A stretch of 62,251 bases of DNA, counting the filler, from Piptocephalis cylindrospora (Eukaryota), in the NCBI GenBank assembly GCA_003614145.1. It is 8 parts of 8 records of this genome, joined end to end, with 100 filler letters (N's around TTAATTAATTAA, not from the genome) between each part and the next. Parts side by side here need not be neighbours in the genome. Positions count along the whole stretch, not along the records: positions 23,498 to 31,209 come from KZ988187.1; positions 31,310 to 39,017 come from KZ988188.1; 6 more parts are not named here. One strand, 5' to 3'. Of this stretch, positions 25,739-38,216 are shown one piece after another. A program made the translations under genes and the position numbers. Position 1 is the stretch's first letter. Every line of letters starts with the position of its first letter. The notes beneath the pieces were generated by a model. The model was not told where the DNA came from, made no database searches, and saw only the letters and a list, made by a program, of their open reading frames with translations.

Positions 25739-26155
25739 TGTCGTTCACGGATGATGGCGCAAATAGCTAGGAGGGAGAGGGGAGGGGAAGGGGGTGAGAG
25801 GATGAGTGGGCGCACACAGGTGCCATATATAAACGTGTGGAGAGACGGGTTGCACACAGCCAAGGCCACCCTATCGAGGCACGGAGATAGCGCCCCTTGG
25901 AAGGAGCTCATGGGCCTCCTGCTTCGGGGGAGAGACGGCTGGGCCTATCCGTTTTATCTCTGTCTTTGTCACCTCTCTAGCCTTCAACTTTGGTACATCC
26001 CTGTTGACTCGACCATCCTTGCTTCGCGTTGGTCAGATTCTGTCTGCTCGGGCCTCTTTCCTATCCCTGTTGTTCACGACCCTACATTCCCTTGGTCCTG
26101 GTCTATACTATTAATCCACGCGTATATCGGGCTTAAACGCGTAACTTCTGTCATT

Positions 26156-29100
26156 ATGTTACGCAGCGGCCTTACTCGCCTGGCCAGACCCGGTCGTGCT
26201 CTGGGGATGTATTGTACCCGTCTTTTCGAACCCTCGATCGTTTCCAGACCAAGGCTATTCAGCCACTCACGCGTGCTGTATGCCACTCAGACTTCATCCG
26301 TCAAGCCGGTGCTACAATCTCTTCAGAACGCATACACACCCAATGCATTTGAATCCTCATGGTACCGATGGTGGGAGGAAGAAGGCTACTTTTCCCCTAC
26401 ATCCTCCGTCCAGCGGGAAGGGAACAAGGCCTTTCGGATGATTGTTCCCCCACCGAATGTTACGGGCGCTTTGCATATTGGCCACGCCCTAACCTTCTCT
26501 ATTCAGGATGCTCAGGTCCGGTGGAGACGCATGCTCGGGGAAGGCCCTGTCACCTGGGTGCCGGGGACTGATCATGCTGGGATTGGAACCCAGAGTGTTG
26601 TGGAACGATGGCTCGAGCGTGAGGGAAGGCCTGGGAGACGAGAGCTGGGCCGGGAGGCCTTTGAGGGTGAGGTAAACCGATGGAAAGAGATGTACGGGGA
26701 GACGATCAACGAGCAATTGCGTCGGCTGGGTGCCTCCCTCTCCTGGAACGATCAATTCTTTACCCTGGATTGCCATAGATCCTTTGCGGTCACCGAGGCA
26801 TTTGTCCAGTTGTATGAACGAGGCCTCATCTACCGGACGACCCGAATGGTCAACTGGTGCCCTGCCCTCGAGACAGCCATCTCGGACATGGAGATGGAGT
26901 GGAAGGAGATTAAAGGCCGAACGGACATGACCTTTCCCGGTAGGGATTCCCCCGTCACCATGGGGGTCCTCTACCATATTGCCTATCCCCTTTCAAATGG
27001 GGGTGGGGATATGAAAGAACTAGTGGTGGCGACCACCCGACCGGAGACGCTCTTGGCTGACATTGCCCTAGCTGTGCACCCCCAGGATCAGCGATACAAG
27101 GTAGACTGGGCGGTAGAGATTAAAAAAATTATTCCCCTCTCACTCAAGACTGTACACTACCAAATAGAGTATCATTGGAGGGAATGTCAAGCATCCCATT
27201 ACTGGAAAGAACTTACCCATCATTGCCGATGACGTCTTGGTGGATCCTGAATTCGGAACAGGTGTCGTCAAGGTGGGTGCTTGGGATGAGGAAATGCGCC
27301 TTCTAGTAGGAAAGTATTTGCATACCCTAACGGCATCCTGATCGTATTTTTATCCTTTTGGATTTAGATTACTCCTTCTCATGACGAAGGGGATTATAAC
27401 TGTGCTCAGAGACATACTTATACCCTAGGGACCAAATACCCAGAAGGGTTTGATGGTAAGGGCCGTGTCATCTCCGATGTCCCAAACTTCCATGGAATGG
27501 ATCGATTTGAGGCACGTGAGCACATTATCCAACAGCTGTGGGACAAAGGATACGTTCGAGAAGTAAACGAGAGCCACACCATGAGAGTTTCTGTATGCTC
27601 CCGCTCCGGTGATCTAATTGAACCCACCCTCTGTCCTCAGTGGTAAGGCCCTGATGAGAGAAAGCGCTGACCTCTCCTTCCGGATCGCTCATCCACTATT
27701 ACCTCTTTAGGTATGTATCTACAAAAGGAATGGCCGAAAAAGCTTTAGAGTCCGTAGAAAAAGGAAGCTTAGAGGTTCATCCAAACAAGTATGCTGCTGA
27801 GTGGAGGAGATGGTTAGGGGCCACCCAAGATTGGTGTATTTCTCGACAGTTATGGTGGGGCCATCGAATCCCCGCTTATAGAGTCATCGTGCCTTCCGGG
27901 GAAACAAAAGGACCCTTGGGCGCATTGAGTAAGCTGACGTATGGTAAAGTGGTTGTTCAAGTGAACCATTATCTCACCCTATTTCTCTATCTATCCCATG
28001 CGCATACGCACTTGCAGGAAACGAATGGTTCATTGCTCATGATCAAGAAAAGGCACAAGCGAAAGTGCGTCTTTGGCTACAAAACCATGGAATTCCCAAA
28101 GAAAAGATGGATAACTTGCACCTAGAGCAGGTGAGTGATCTCGATTGTTCCTTTATATTTATAAATAAAAAGTTGTGGGCCCCCTACGGAATGTAATTTT
28201 CCATGTGGCTCATGCTCCTCCTCATCGCAAGGACCCGGATGTACTCGACACATGGTTTTCCTCGGCACTACTCCCACTTTCGGCCTCTCAATGGCCTGCC
28301 AAAGCGCCTATCCCTTTGGTAAGCGGAATTATGGAGACGATGGGACTGGGCTCATCTTTTCATGATCCAGAGTGGGTAAAAGGCCTCGTACCTTCCTCGG
28401 ATGAGCTAATAATATTTCATTCTAGGAGCAAGGATGTCCCACCTCTATGTTAGAAACTGGAGCTGACATTATCTTCTTTTGGGTGGCGAGGATGGTCATG
28501 TTGTGTACCGAGCTATCTCCTTCCGGATCCCTTCCCTTTCCCAAGGTGTACCTTCATCCCATGGTAAAGGACTTGATGTGATGTTGATGGGGTCAGAAGG
28601 CAATCTGCTTACCCCGACACTTATTCTCCTACCGTCACAGGTCAGGGATTCCCAAGGGAGAAAAATGTCAAAGTCTTTAGGAAATGTCATTGATCCCATC
28701 CAAGTGATGGATGGGGCCACTCTGGAGGAGCTAGTAAGCAAAGTCAAGGCCGGGAATACTTCTCAACATGAGACGGAACGGTAGGCTGGGTATGGGAAGG
28801 GAGAAGGGAAAGCCTCCATTAAGACTATCACTTGCCTCTTGTACATACACTCCACAGAAGCATTAAGGATCTGCACAAAGAGTATCCGGATGGGATGAAG
28901 GCCAATGGGGCGGACGCCTTAAGGATGGCCCTGATCAGCTACACTCAGCAGACTCGACAGATTAATTTGGATGGCCAAGCGGTTGTTGGGGCAACTCACT
29001 TTGGGAATAAGCTGTGGAACCTTGCCTCCTATACCATTGGGAGAGCCCAGGGGAGAGAAAAGGAAGAAGGGAAGAGTAATATCCTTCCCCACTCTCCCAA

Positions 29101-30410
29101 TGTCCTATCCTTATTGGAGCTTGGACCAATGGATCGATACATCCTCTCCCGGACGGCCGAGACCGTTGAACGAGTCAATGGGGCCTTTCTGGAAATGAGA
29201 CTTCACGAGGTCACTACTGCCCTTCGCCGACTCGTAGTGGATGAGATATGTGATGTGTATGTCGAATACACTAAGCCCATCCTGTACTGTAAAGACCCTG
29301 AAGATCAGGTAAGAATCAGGGTGAGAAGGGCATGACCATTGGGATCTGTCTTTGTTAACCACCCTCCATCCCTTTGATATAGAAGGTTCGTGATGTGACA
29401 ATGCAAGTGCTGGGAGTATGTCTAGAAGCAGCTGTGCGACTCCTTCATCCCATAATGCCTTTTATTACAGAGGTAAGTGTACCAGAGATCGGTATGCAAA
29501 AACACTTTAACTCTTTCTTGATTATTTATGCTTATCTTTCTCATTCACCGGCTTTAGGAATTGTGGCAGCATTGGACTCGAGCCCGGCTTGGAGATAAAT
29601 GGGATGAGGGCAATGAAGGATATGGTGCCCAAGGGACTATTATGCTTCAATCTTACCCTTCTTCCGAGGACTGGGGGGCCTGGCGGGACCAAGAGGTAGA
29701 AGAGACTATCCAGGTAAGCATTTGATTTCTTATAAATGGAAGAGTATGTCATGTGCAACATCATATCACCAAAGAGCTTACCCTTCCTTCTTTAGACGAC
29801 CTTAAGGATAAGTCATGGTTTCCGATCATTAAGACAACGCCATCAATTACCCGCATCCAAGAACCTTCCTCGACTGATTCTCTCTCTACGCGATCCATCC
29901 TCTCGCTCTAGACTCCAGAAACAGGGTGTGATGGAGGAATTGATGAGATCTACGCGGGTATCCAGTATTCACCTAACCGATCCTGTAAGCACATTTGATC
30001 TTATGTTGAAAAGAGCTGGCTGACTTATGCGACGAGAAAATCATCCTGATCATCCCCGCCCTTAGTCTAAAGGAATGATGAAAGAATGCGTGATGTACTC
30101 AGTCACCGGGGACATTGTCTTGGGGATCCCTAAAGAGGATCTTCCCCGAAATGAGGCACTGGAGGCACGTAGAAAGAAAAAGTATGGTCAGATCTTGGAG
30201 CAAGCGGAAGCCTTGACCCAACAGATGCTAGCCAGCTCCTATATCGAGAAGGCGCCGGCACGAGTCAAGAACGGAGACCGGTAAGGGAGTTGGGATACAG
30301 AGCGTGATGATATTCTCACTCATATTTGTGCCCCCCCCTTTAGAAAACGACTGGACTTGCTACAGGCGCAGCTTCGAGAGCTGGGTGGAGAGGGGATAAA
30401 GGATGATTAA
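26156..30410 (+). CDS. VAS1: Valyl-tRNA synthetase with a mitochondrial-type presequence, many introns
   Basis: [68 protein letters not shown] and KMSKSLGN. N-terminus [14 protein letters not shown] is Arg-rich with almost no acidic residues. Confidence 0.96.
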
Positions 30411-30589
30411 GGAACGCGATGAGGGAAGAGAGGGAGAAAAGGTTGGGGATGGAGCTTTTCATAGCCGATATATTTCCGAGTGTGTCATGAGCAGCCTACA
30501 AGAAAGGATCATGTAGAGAATGCTTGACCTTTCGTTCCTCACTTCACCGGAACACACACGCATGCACACACCAACCATCCTTTCTCTTC

Positions 30590-30940
30590 CTAGGCCTTGC
30601 TGGTGTGGATGGCATTGGGATGGACTTTAGCCTCGACCTTGGTGACTTTGTCAAGTAGGTGAGCAACGACCTTTTCATTGTTGTTGTTGTAGCATTGACG
30701 AACATTGTCGATCTTGGACTGGGTATCCTTCTCCAGATCCTTGGTAAAGGCATCAGCAGAGCCAGAGTCCTATTGAGGGAAGGAATGAGGGGAGGGACTA
30801 GGGCGAAAGGGAGAGTAGTACAATAAGAAAATGGCTTACACCTTGCTCCATGTTCTGGAATTCGGAGGCGCGACGAGCCTTGAGCTCTTCAATCTCCTTG
30901 GAGGCCTCAGTCCGGGCATCCTTTAGCCTCTGGACACGGT
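30590..30940 (-). CDS. VMA10: V-ATPase subunit G, last two exons (first exon lost in the garbled contig end)
   Basis: RVQRLKDARTEASKEIEELKARRASEFQ, then ...NNEKVVAHLLDKVTKVEAKVHPN. Intron GTAAGC...AATAG. Confidence 0.88.
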
Positions 30941-31090
30941 CTGGAGAAGGGGGGATAGGGTGAGTCCTGACCCATAACAGGTAAGAGGGGGGGGGGGGGG
31001 GGGGTTCCGCCTTGGGGGGTTTTGCCCCCCCTTTCACCCGCAGCCCTGGGGGCGAACTGTGGGGGGTTTTTTTCTCCCCCCCCCTAAAAA

Positions 31091-31209
31091 AAAATTTTTT
31101 TTCCCTTTCCTCTTAGTATCTTTTCATTCAAGGGTCGCATCTGGCCAAGGGGGGGGGGGGGGGGAAGGGGGTACACACGAGCAAGCGTCCTACGTTCTTT
31201 CCTGCACCG
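31091..31209. repeat. About 120-bp contig-terminal sequence, copy 2 (copy 1 at 7624-7740)
   Basis: Near-identical to the end of contig 1. It degrades into homopolymers towards the contig interior. Confidence 0.9.
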
Positions 31210-31382
31210 NNNNNNNNNNNNNNNNNNNNNNNNNNNNNNNNNNNNNNNNNNNNTTAATTAATTAANNNNNNNNNNNNNNNNNNNNNNNNNNNNNNNNNNN
31301 NNNNNNNNNTTAGAAGTGATACAAAAAAAATAAAAAAAAAATATAAAAACTGATAGTGTATTATATTTTTGGTTTTAAAAAA

Positions 31383-31419
<37 letters not shown>

Positions 31420-32073
31420 AGGGACGGTAAAGGAAGAAGACGGGCTTTGTGAAGAAAACAAGGAGATTCTGGGGGCGGAGACTTGGAGTACTTGAACAAG
31501 GGTCAGACTGAGGTTCCCATGTAGAATAAGGATAATGTTGCATGGGGCTCAGGGCTGTCCTTGCCCTTTGTAGTGCATGGTTAAGGGAGGGACGGGGTCA
31601 TGATAAGCACTCTGTGCATAGTAGGCGCTACCCCAACAATACTTTACAGGCCTAAGGCAATCCTCAAGGGCCCTACACCGCAGCCATTTTCTGTCTGACC
31701 TCCTAACTTTGATTTCCAAGCCTTGACTTCAAAAACTCCACTTCATCAGCCCGCCTATCAGAGTTAGTGTTACTCTCTACGGGGACTCTCGTTCTGGATG
31801 TGTGCTGTAAAAAGCTATACAATACATTATCCTCTTCTCTCCTTACAGGCCTAAGGTTTTGGCGGTGGTGACTCGTCTATTACTCTTTTTCTCTCTTCCC
31901 CTCACACTCTTTCCAACAAGATCCTCGGATTCACTTGACGATCCTTTTTACTTTCCTGGATAGCTTTATCACTTCTCCAAAACCCCATATGAGTTTAATA
32001 CACTCACCCTTACGACACCTCTTTCAACACTGCCCTGTTTCCCTGATCACTCCCTTCCGTGCTCCTCACTATC

Positions 32074-34092
32074 ATGCTCCTATCCTTCACCCATCCATGT
32101 ACCCTTCTTATCATTGTCTGTGCCTTTCAGCCCGTTCTATCGGCCCCGGGGAATTCCCAAAGTAAACGATCTCCTCCCAAAGCCCTTCGTCAGAGTATCC
32201 AAAAATCGCCACGTATCTTTTCTTCGAGTCCCCCTGTTCTATTTTCCTCTGTGAAGCATGGGAAAACCAAGATGAAACCATGGAGTCAGCTTCAGATGGA
32301 AGTCATGCAGCTTTTTGCCTCTCCTAATCCCGATGACCTCCAAAAGGGCTACCACACAATCCATGATAAATTCAATGATCTTGATCCCCTCATCTCGCCC
32401 AATCCTCATCCTTTCATCAAATCTCTCAACATCCTGAAGCACCACTCTCTCACCAAATCGCCATCCCAGTCTATCCGATTAAATGGCATTTATTCACCCA
32501 CTTTAACTGAACTCGATAAGTACTCCCCCCTTCGTAATGTCAAGAATACTCTTCCTTATGGGCCATATACCTTGGATATATTTCCCCTTGCCAGATACGT
32601 CATCCTCAATATCGCTCTTCAGGAGAAGCGTATCGTCAACGATACCCCTAGTTGGGCTCGCCAGGTCAATTATGCCATCAGCAGCCTCCGCCACCTTCAC
32701 TCTGACCCTTATCCCATCTACGGCATGATTCCCGAAATTGTCCAGCAGCATCGGGAATTGGCGAACGGTAGAGCGGAGAGTCTGAGAAAGGCCCTCTCTG
32801 CCAAAGGTATCTCAATAATGACAATCAGGCAGCTCACTGGAGAGCTTGGGGATAATAATGTACTTATCAAAGGCTTGGAGCCCTATCATCTGGCTAATCA
32901 AACTATGACCAAATATCTTGACATTGAGCAAGGGCAGAGCAAGGATATTACCGACGAGACCGACGAAAAGCCCTCCCTCTTCGCTTTTGGTATCATTTGG
33001 AGTGGTAGCATTCTTCCCGAGAACATCCAGCTCACTGAGGGCGTCATTGAGTTAGGTGAGAAGAGGACTGTACATAGGCTTTCCCCAGAGCTGTACGTCT
33101 CCCTGCCCAGTAAGGACTACCAACCTTCATTGGTGGTGAATAGTTTTCAATGGTTCATCCATTATCTCGCCAATCCCAAGACCAAGCATTCCATTCTGGA
33201 TCAGCAAGTAAACCCTATCCAATTCGCCGGACATCTTTACCCGTTAGATCAGCTTCTCCAAGTCATTCGTGAAGAGAACATTAAGTGGTGGAAGCGGGTC
33301 CGGGAACAAGGGTTTGTCCAGATTGACGAGTTGTATCGCCAAGCCTATTACCTCCAGGAGATGCGCCGCCTTCTCTTGGACACCTTGACCCTTTCCATGA
33401 GCCATCTAACCTTCGTCAGTCCTAAGGTCGCGGCCAAGAATGGGAGTACTACTGCTGCTGGGAGGTCTCAGACCTTACCGGCGAAATTTCACTCCTGGAT
33501 TAAGCATTCTTGCAGAAAAGCCATGACTAGCACCGGGTTTCCCTCAGCCAGGTTAAAATATTGCAATTCTTTGGCCACCGACCTTGCCCAGGTTAGCATG
33601 CACCTTTCCCATGGGTATCATCTGCTCCAGCCCTTGGCTATGTATTGGAGGCTCCGACCAGCTATGAGTCATCTTAAGAATGAGGGAAGTAGTAATGAGC
33701 TACTATCTAGGCTTCAGGACCTTGGCCAGCTAGATGTCATGTGCACCCCGGAGAAGACCTCGCTCATTGAGCTTATCGAGTCCCTGAATACGGTATATGC
33801 TCGATTATCTCAGAAGACAGCTCATGCCACCAAGCCAAGCTCATCCAGCCCTGATCATATGCCCGTGAAGGCATGGGATCAGGTTCATTCACTTGCTGCG
33901 CGCACGGCACGGAAAAATGGATTAGATGTAGTCGAGTGGTTCAAGGTACAATTTCCTAAGTCTACCTGGCCAGCACTCCTCCTTAATCCATCTGTGGTCA
34001 ACAGTGCCGAGGATCAGCTGGTAGCGAATGAGGCCTTGAGGGCCATCAAGGATATCCTTGCCTTAGGTCTGTCCAACCACCTGGCCAAGTGA
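32074..34092 (+). CDS. Large intronless predicted secreted protein (672 aa), no recognised domain
   Basis: Uninterrupted 2-kb ORF with signal-peptide-like MLLSFTHPCTLLIIVCAFQPVLSA-P followed by SKR (possible Kex2 site). Confidence 0.8.
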   Translation: MLLSFTHPCTLLIIVCAFQPVLSAPGNSQSKRSPPKALRQSIQKSPRIFSSSPPVLFSSVKHGKTKMKPWSQLQMEVMQLFASPNPDDLQKGYHTIHDKFNDLDPLISPNPHPFIKSLNILKHHSLTKSPSQSIRLNGIYSPTLTELDKYSPLRNVKNTLPYGPYTLDIFPLARYVILNIALQEKRIVNDTPSWARQVNYAISSLRHLHSDPYPIYGMIPEIVQQHRELANGRAESLRKALSAKGISIMTIRQLTGELGDNNVLIKGLEPYHLANQTMTKYLDIEQGQSKDITDETDEKPSLFAFGIIWSGSILPENIQLTEGVIELGEKRTVHRLSPELYVSLPSKDYQPSLVVNSFQWFIHYLANPKTKHSILDQQVNPIQFAGHLYPLDQLLQVIREENIKWWKRVREQGFVQIDELYRQAYYLQEMRRLLLDTLTLSMSHLTFVSPKVAAKNGSTTAAGRSQTLPAKFHSWIKHSCRKAMTSTGFPSARLKYCNSLATDLAQVSMHLSHGYHLLQPLAMYWRLRPAMSHLKNEGSSNELLSRLQDLGQLDVMCTPEKTSLIELIESLNTVYARLSQKTAHATKPSSSSPDHMPVKAWDQVHSLAARTARKNGLDVVEWFKVQFPKSTWPALLLNPSVVNSAEDQLVANEALRAIKDILALGLSNHLAK

Positions 34093-34293
34093 TATGCATA
34101 TGGAAATGATGGGGAACGTTTGGGGGATAATGGGGTATGATTCGATCGATAGAGATGTAGGGTTTACATTTTAAACAAGTGATAATCTAAGGAATGGAAC
34201 CGTGCCATATATCACCAGGACAGTGGACAAAGATGCCATGAAAAAAAGTATATATCATATTCCCGTTTTACACTACATAGATTTCTCTGAGGA

Positions 34294-35979
34294 TTATGGA
34301 CGAAGAGAAGGTGCTTGTGAGACGGGTAGAGAGCGTAGATCTATGCTTTCCCATTGATCTGGATGATCCTCTCGCGCTTCTGGGAAAGAGGACGAGCCTG
34401 CGGTGCTTTGGGGCGCAGATGGAGAGGGAGTCGATGACTCTTCAGAGCCACTCTCTACGGATGACCCTCTTGTTGGGATGAGTTGACGAAGCCATTGAAC
34501 AGGACGACGGACAGGAGATGATCGCTGCATAGTGCGGGCTGGTCCGATAGACTGAGTTCTGGTAATAGTTCTACTGTTGGCGGATCCGAGACGATTCTGG
34601 TAACGGGAATGCACGGATCGGATAGGCCAGTTACTTCTTCGGCTCACTACCCTTTCATCCTCGGTGGAAGCATCATTATGCCCCGGCAAAGGGGTCTGGG
34701 GCTGGGTCACGGGAGCCTCTGTGAGGGAGGAAGGGTTATTCATATCCCGGGAAAAGTCACGCTTGCACAGGGGGCAGCACGAGCTCTTCTGCAGGAGCCA
34801 TGGATCAATGCACATTGAGTGGAACCTGTGACCGCAAGGAAGGAGCCTGAGTTCCTCTTCGACTTGAAAGTCATCTAGGCATATGGAACACACTTGCATG
34901 ATGTACATAGCATGTCCTTTCCCTTGACTCGTCTCCTCTTCAGTATCCGAGGAAGCCTTGGCATTCTCGGCATCCTCAGCATCCTCAGCCGAGTAAACTT
35001 GAAGGGGGTAGGATTCAAGAGTGGCCTTGTCCAAGAGGGGGAGTCGGTATCGACTGTACCCTGGAATAAGTATCTCAGCTGTCCATGGGGATCCAGACCC
35101 CGCAGGCATGATAGGAATGGCCATGCCCTCGATATTTCTTGGGCTTCTGGCATCACCACCTTCAGGATGATTTCGTGCCATGGCCTGGCGGCGTCGAGAG
35201 ATGAAATAATGGGTAAATATCACGAGAAAAAATATGAAGACGAGAAACACAGCTACAGTGATAAGGGCATATTCCCTATGAGATGAATGGAAGGCGTGTG
35301 AGAGGAGAGGGTCGCCCAAACACGAGCAGCAAAGAAGAACGTACCATAAGGAGAGTTGTTTATGACTGGGTGGAAACATGGATACCCGGACATACTCTGA
35401 ATAGGAATTACCTTGCATATCCGCAGTGGTGGCATTATGGGCGGTGCGAATATCCCCTAGAAGACCCATACCATCTGTAGAGTCGATGACATACACAGGG
35501 ATGGATACTTGCTCGGGGGGGAGCTGCAGGGAGGCCATGGACCCTTCATCCAGGGCAAAATCCGGATTTGAGGGATAGGCCACAATGCCCGAGACCCCAG
35601 GGAGATTCGACACTCGACGTATCGCATCGGTAGAGGAGCAAACAAGAGGAGCAGAACCGGGGGCCTGGCCAAGGCTAAGATGGAGAAATGCAATGACTGG
35701 CAGATCCACAGGGGCTGTGTCGGTGAATGGGAGGGCACTGGACCCCTCCCCTCCTCCGGTTAGTAGAGGCTCCCCTTCACAACCGGTCCCTGCATCCTTG
35801 AGGATCCCCCACTCTCCCGAGCTACTGCCTGGATCTGGGGCTCCTGGGACAGGGTAGACGTCCGAGGGGATTCGCGATGGATCCCCCACTGGACTGACCG
35901 ACATGTCGCTCCGATTGCTCTGTGGAGCGACCCAGACAAACTGACGGACCACTGCATGCTTTTTATCATCATGGCCCAT
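34294..35979 (-). CDS. PA-like/TM/RING-H2 E3 ubiquitin ligase (RNF13/GRAIL-type architecture); true start uncertain; one in-frame intron near 35280-35345
   Basis: RING-H2 CSICLDDF...LPCGHRFHSMCIDPWL...CPLCK, a TM segment ALITVAVFLVFIFFLVIF, and lumenal SIPVYVI as in PA domains. Confidence 0.85.
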   Translation of the reverse strand: MGHDDKKHAVVRQFVWVAPQSNRSDMSVSPVGDPSRIPSDVYPVPGAPDPGSSSGEWGILKDAGTGCEGEPLLTGGGEGSSALPFTDTAPVDLPVIAFLHLSLGQAPGSAPLVCSSTDAIRRVSNLPGVSGIVAYPSNPDFALDEGSMASLQLPPEQVSIPVYVIDSTDGMGLLGDIRTAHNATTADMQGNSYSEYVRVSMFPPSHKQLSLWYVLLCCSCLGDPLLSHAFHSSHREYALITVAVFLVFIFFLVIFTHYFISRRRQAMARNHPEGGDARSPRNIEGMAIPIMPAGSGSPWTAEILIPGYSRYRLPLLDKATLESYPLQVYSAEDAEDAENAKASSDTEEETSQGKGHAMYIMQVCSICLDDFQVEEELRLLPCGHRFHSMCIDPWLLQKSSCCPLCKRDFSRDMNNPSSLTEAPVTQPQTPLPGHNDASTEDERVVSRRSNWPIRSVHSRYQNRLGSANSRTITRTQSIGPARTMQRSSPVRRPVQWLRQLIPTRGSSVESGSEESSTPSPSAPQSTAGSSSFPEAREDHPDQWESIDLRSLPVSQAPSLRP

Positions 35980-38216
35980 CCTCGGATGCTTCAATGAGGA
36001 TGATATTCGTAATGGAGAAGAGGGGATGAAGGCTAAACACAGTAGAGGAAGCTTGGAGGATGGTACAGTGTAAAAAAAAAGCTAAAGGATAAATGTGTAA
36101 GTGGATGAATTGGTTGGGTGACTAATTGCTTAAAAATGTGTATGCAGGTGGGCCGGTGAGGGTGGGCTAAGATCGGGGAAATGGGGATCCGAGTGGAAGG
36201 TCCTATCGGCCCACACCCTTTATAAACCTACACGACATAAGCCAGGAAAGGTCCATTGTCCACGGATGGATAGATACTTGATCGGAGTACTACTATCGGG
36301 ACGTCATGCAAAGACGTTCTCTCATGCGCCAATGAAGAAGAGAGCATTCGCCCCCGGCTCTTTCCGTCAACCATAAGGTCGTGTGATCCCTACTGCCTTT
36401 CCCAGACGTAATAAAGGTTTCAGCTGGCATGCTCAATGAAGACTCTAGCCTCCTCAAGCATTCAATAGCGTTCTTGTTCATCTACTTCCTGGGATGGTGT
36501 AGGACGACAGCCTAATTTACCCCTTCCTAATCCAATATGTCCTTTTCGATGACCACATGTTTTCACACATGCCTGTCCACGGGGGATGAATGGGTGACGC
36601 GAATGGAGGGACAGACTGACTCAGCCTTCTCACGCGACTGGCTGCAGTCTCACACCTACATTCTTTTCTGTTCCGTATACCGGGGATACCATGTCCCACT
36701 GTTGAGCCGGGCGGCTATCTCCCAAGGCGGGTGTGATACGCGTCCCGGCTGCAAGGTTCTCCGCATAGGCCATCACCATCCACGTCTTAAGAGTTCCTGC
36801 GGGTGTGGAGATTTGAAGTGCGTGTCTCTCCATTACGCGCCACAGTCGCTCACGCGTAGAAAGCCCTTAAAGAACCTATTTATAATGGCTAAATAATAAG
36901 GGTCAGCGAGGCACACGGATGTACCATAACGGTATAGGACAGGCCCTAAGCCAATCTTAAATGGGGAGTTCCCCTCATGTGAATATTCTAGATACCGCGG
37001 CGCGTGCCCCGGGGATATGTGTCATTGAGAGGGCGTATGATGCTTTCAATGGATGCCCTTCCTTAATAGTTCCCATAGAGATCAGGATATAAAGAAGGCG
37101 ATTTATTGGAGCTTCCTCCCAGAGGCGCCTAATGAATCCTAGTTGAGTTTGGTAGTCGATGCTTCTGGCACGTGTGTTGGGAAAAGTGTTTAAGGAAAGG
37201 CCATGCTATTGATCGATGTCTTTCTTGCTTGACTATGCAAGCTGGGCCACATGTTCTCTACTGATCAATGCACTCTCTCTACATCGTCCTGCCTATGCAG
37301 CTTGTGCACGGGACTTGAAGATGCGCAAGGATCCTCCTTCCCTAGATAGAAAAGCCATATATTTTTTGGGGCCTCCACATTATGTTAACTGTTGCAGGAT
37401 CCTCCTTCCCTGTTTATCCTTGCCTGTAGAGGCTCATGATCCGATAATGTGAGCGTCCAAGAGGCTCGTCTCAAAATTCACTATTGAAAAATTTACTGTC
37501 TCATGGGAGCGTGCACCCAAAAGACTACACGGACTCACATCCTTGTCATAGACTGAGGAGAAGGATCAGGACCGGATAAACTCAGTAGCAGGATTTACAC
37601 AAATGAGCTCAGGCATTATACCCCAGACCTCTCTAAAGGCCGAGGGTCTCAGGGTGTGATTTATAAGCCACATTGGGCGGAAAGAGAGAGAAGGTTAGGC
37701 TAGAAGAGAGGCGCTTGACGGCAGTACTGGTATTGTAGGCCGTGCCCAATCCCGTCTCAAAACTCCCGCCAAATGCCCACCAAATTTGAATCTGTTTTTC
37801 ATCCCAGGCAGCATTACCCTTGCCCCCAAGCGCACCTTGAGCCATCATACAGCCAGCGGACTTTACAGTAAGCATCCCACACTTCACCCTTGCCTCACCT
37901 CGCCTTATCTCACAGCTCCTCCACACCCCTCCAGCTTTAAGGCCTTGCCTTGACACGCGCTCGCCCCTTCCTCCCTCCTCCTCCTCCTCTTCCTCTCCCA
38001 CCACTCATGGCCACTCACCGCCAGTACCTAATCATTACTGTACCCCACGCCTCAACCTAACTTAGCCTAGATTGTTTTTCGTCCATTCCCCCGGGCCTTT
38101 TGCGCCACCAAGAGCGTGTCCTTCCTTCCTCCCTCCTGCATCCCCCGTCTCCCTCCCTTCCCTATCTCCCCTATCTCCCCTATCTCCCCATATCTCATAC
38201 TCATTCGCGCATCCTC

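Noticed and set aside
8687..30410. Minor (U12) spliceosomal introns in ZW10, GOS1 or ValRS
   Set aside because: The donors I traced are GTAAG/GTAGG/GTGAG/GTACG types; I saw no RTATCCTT donor. The check was not exhaustive.
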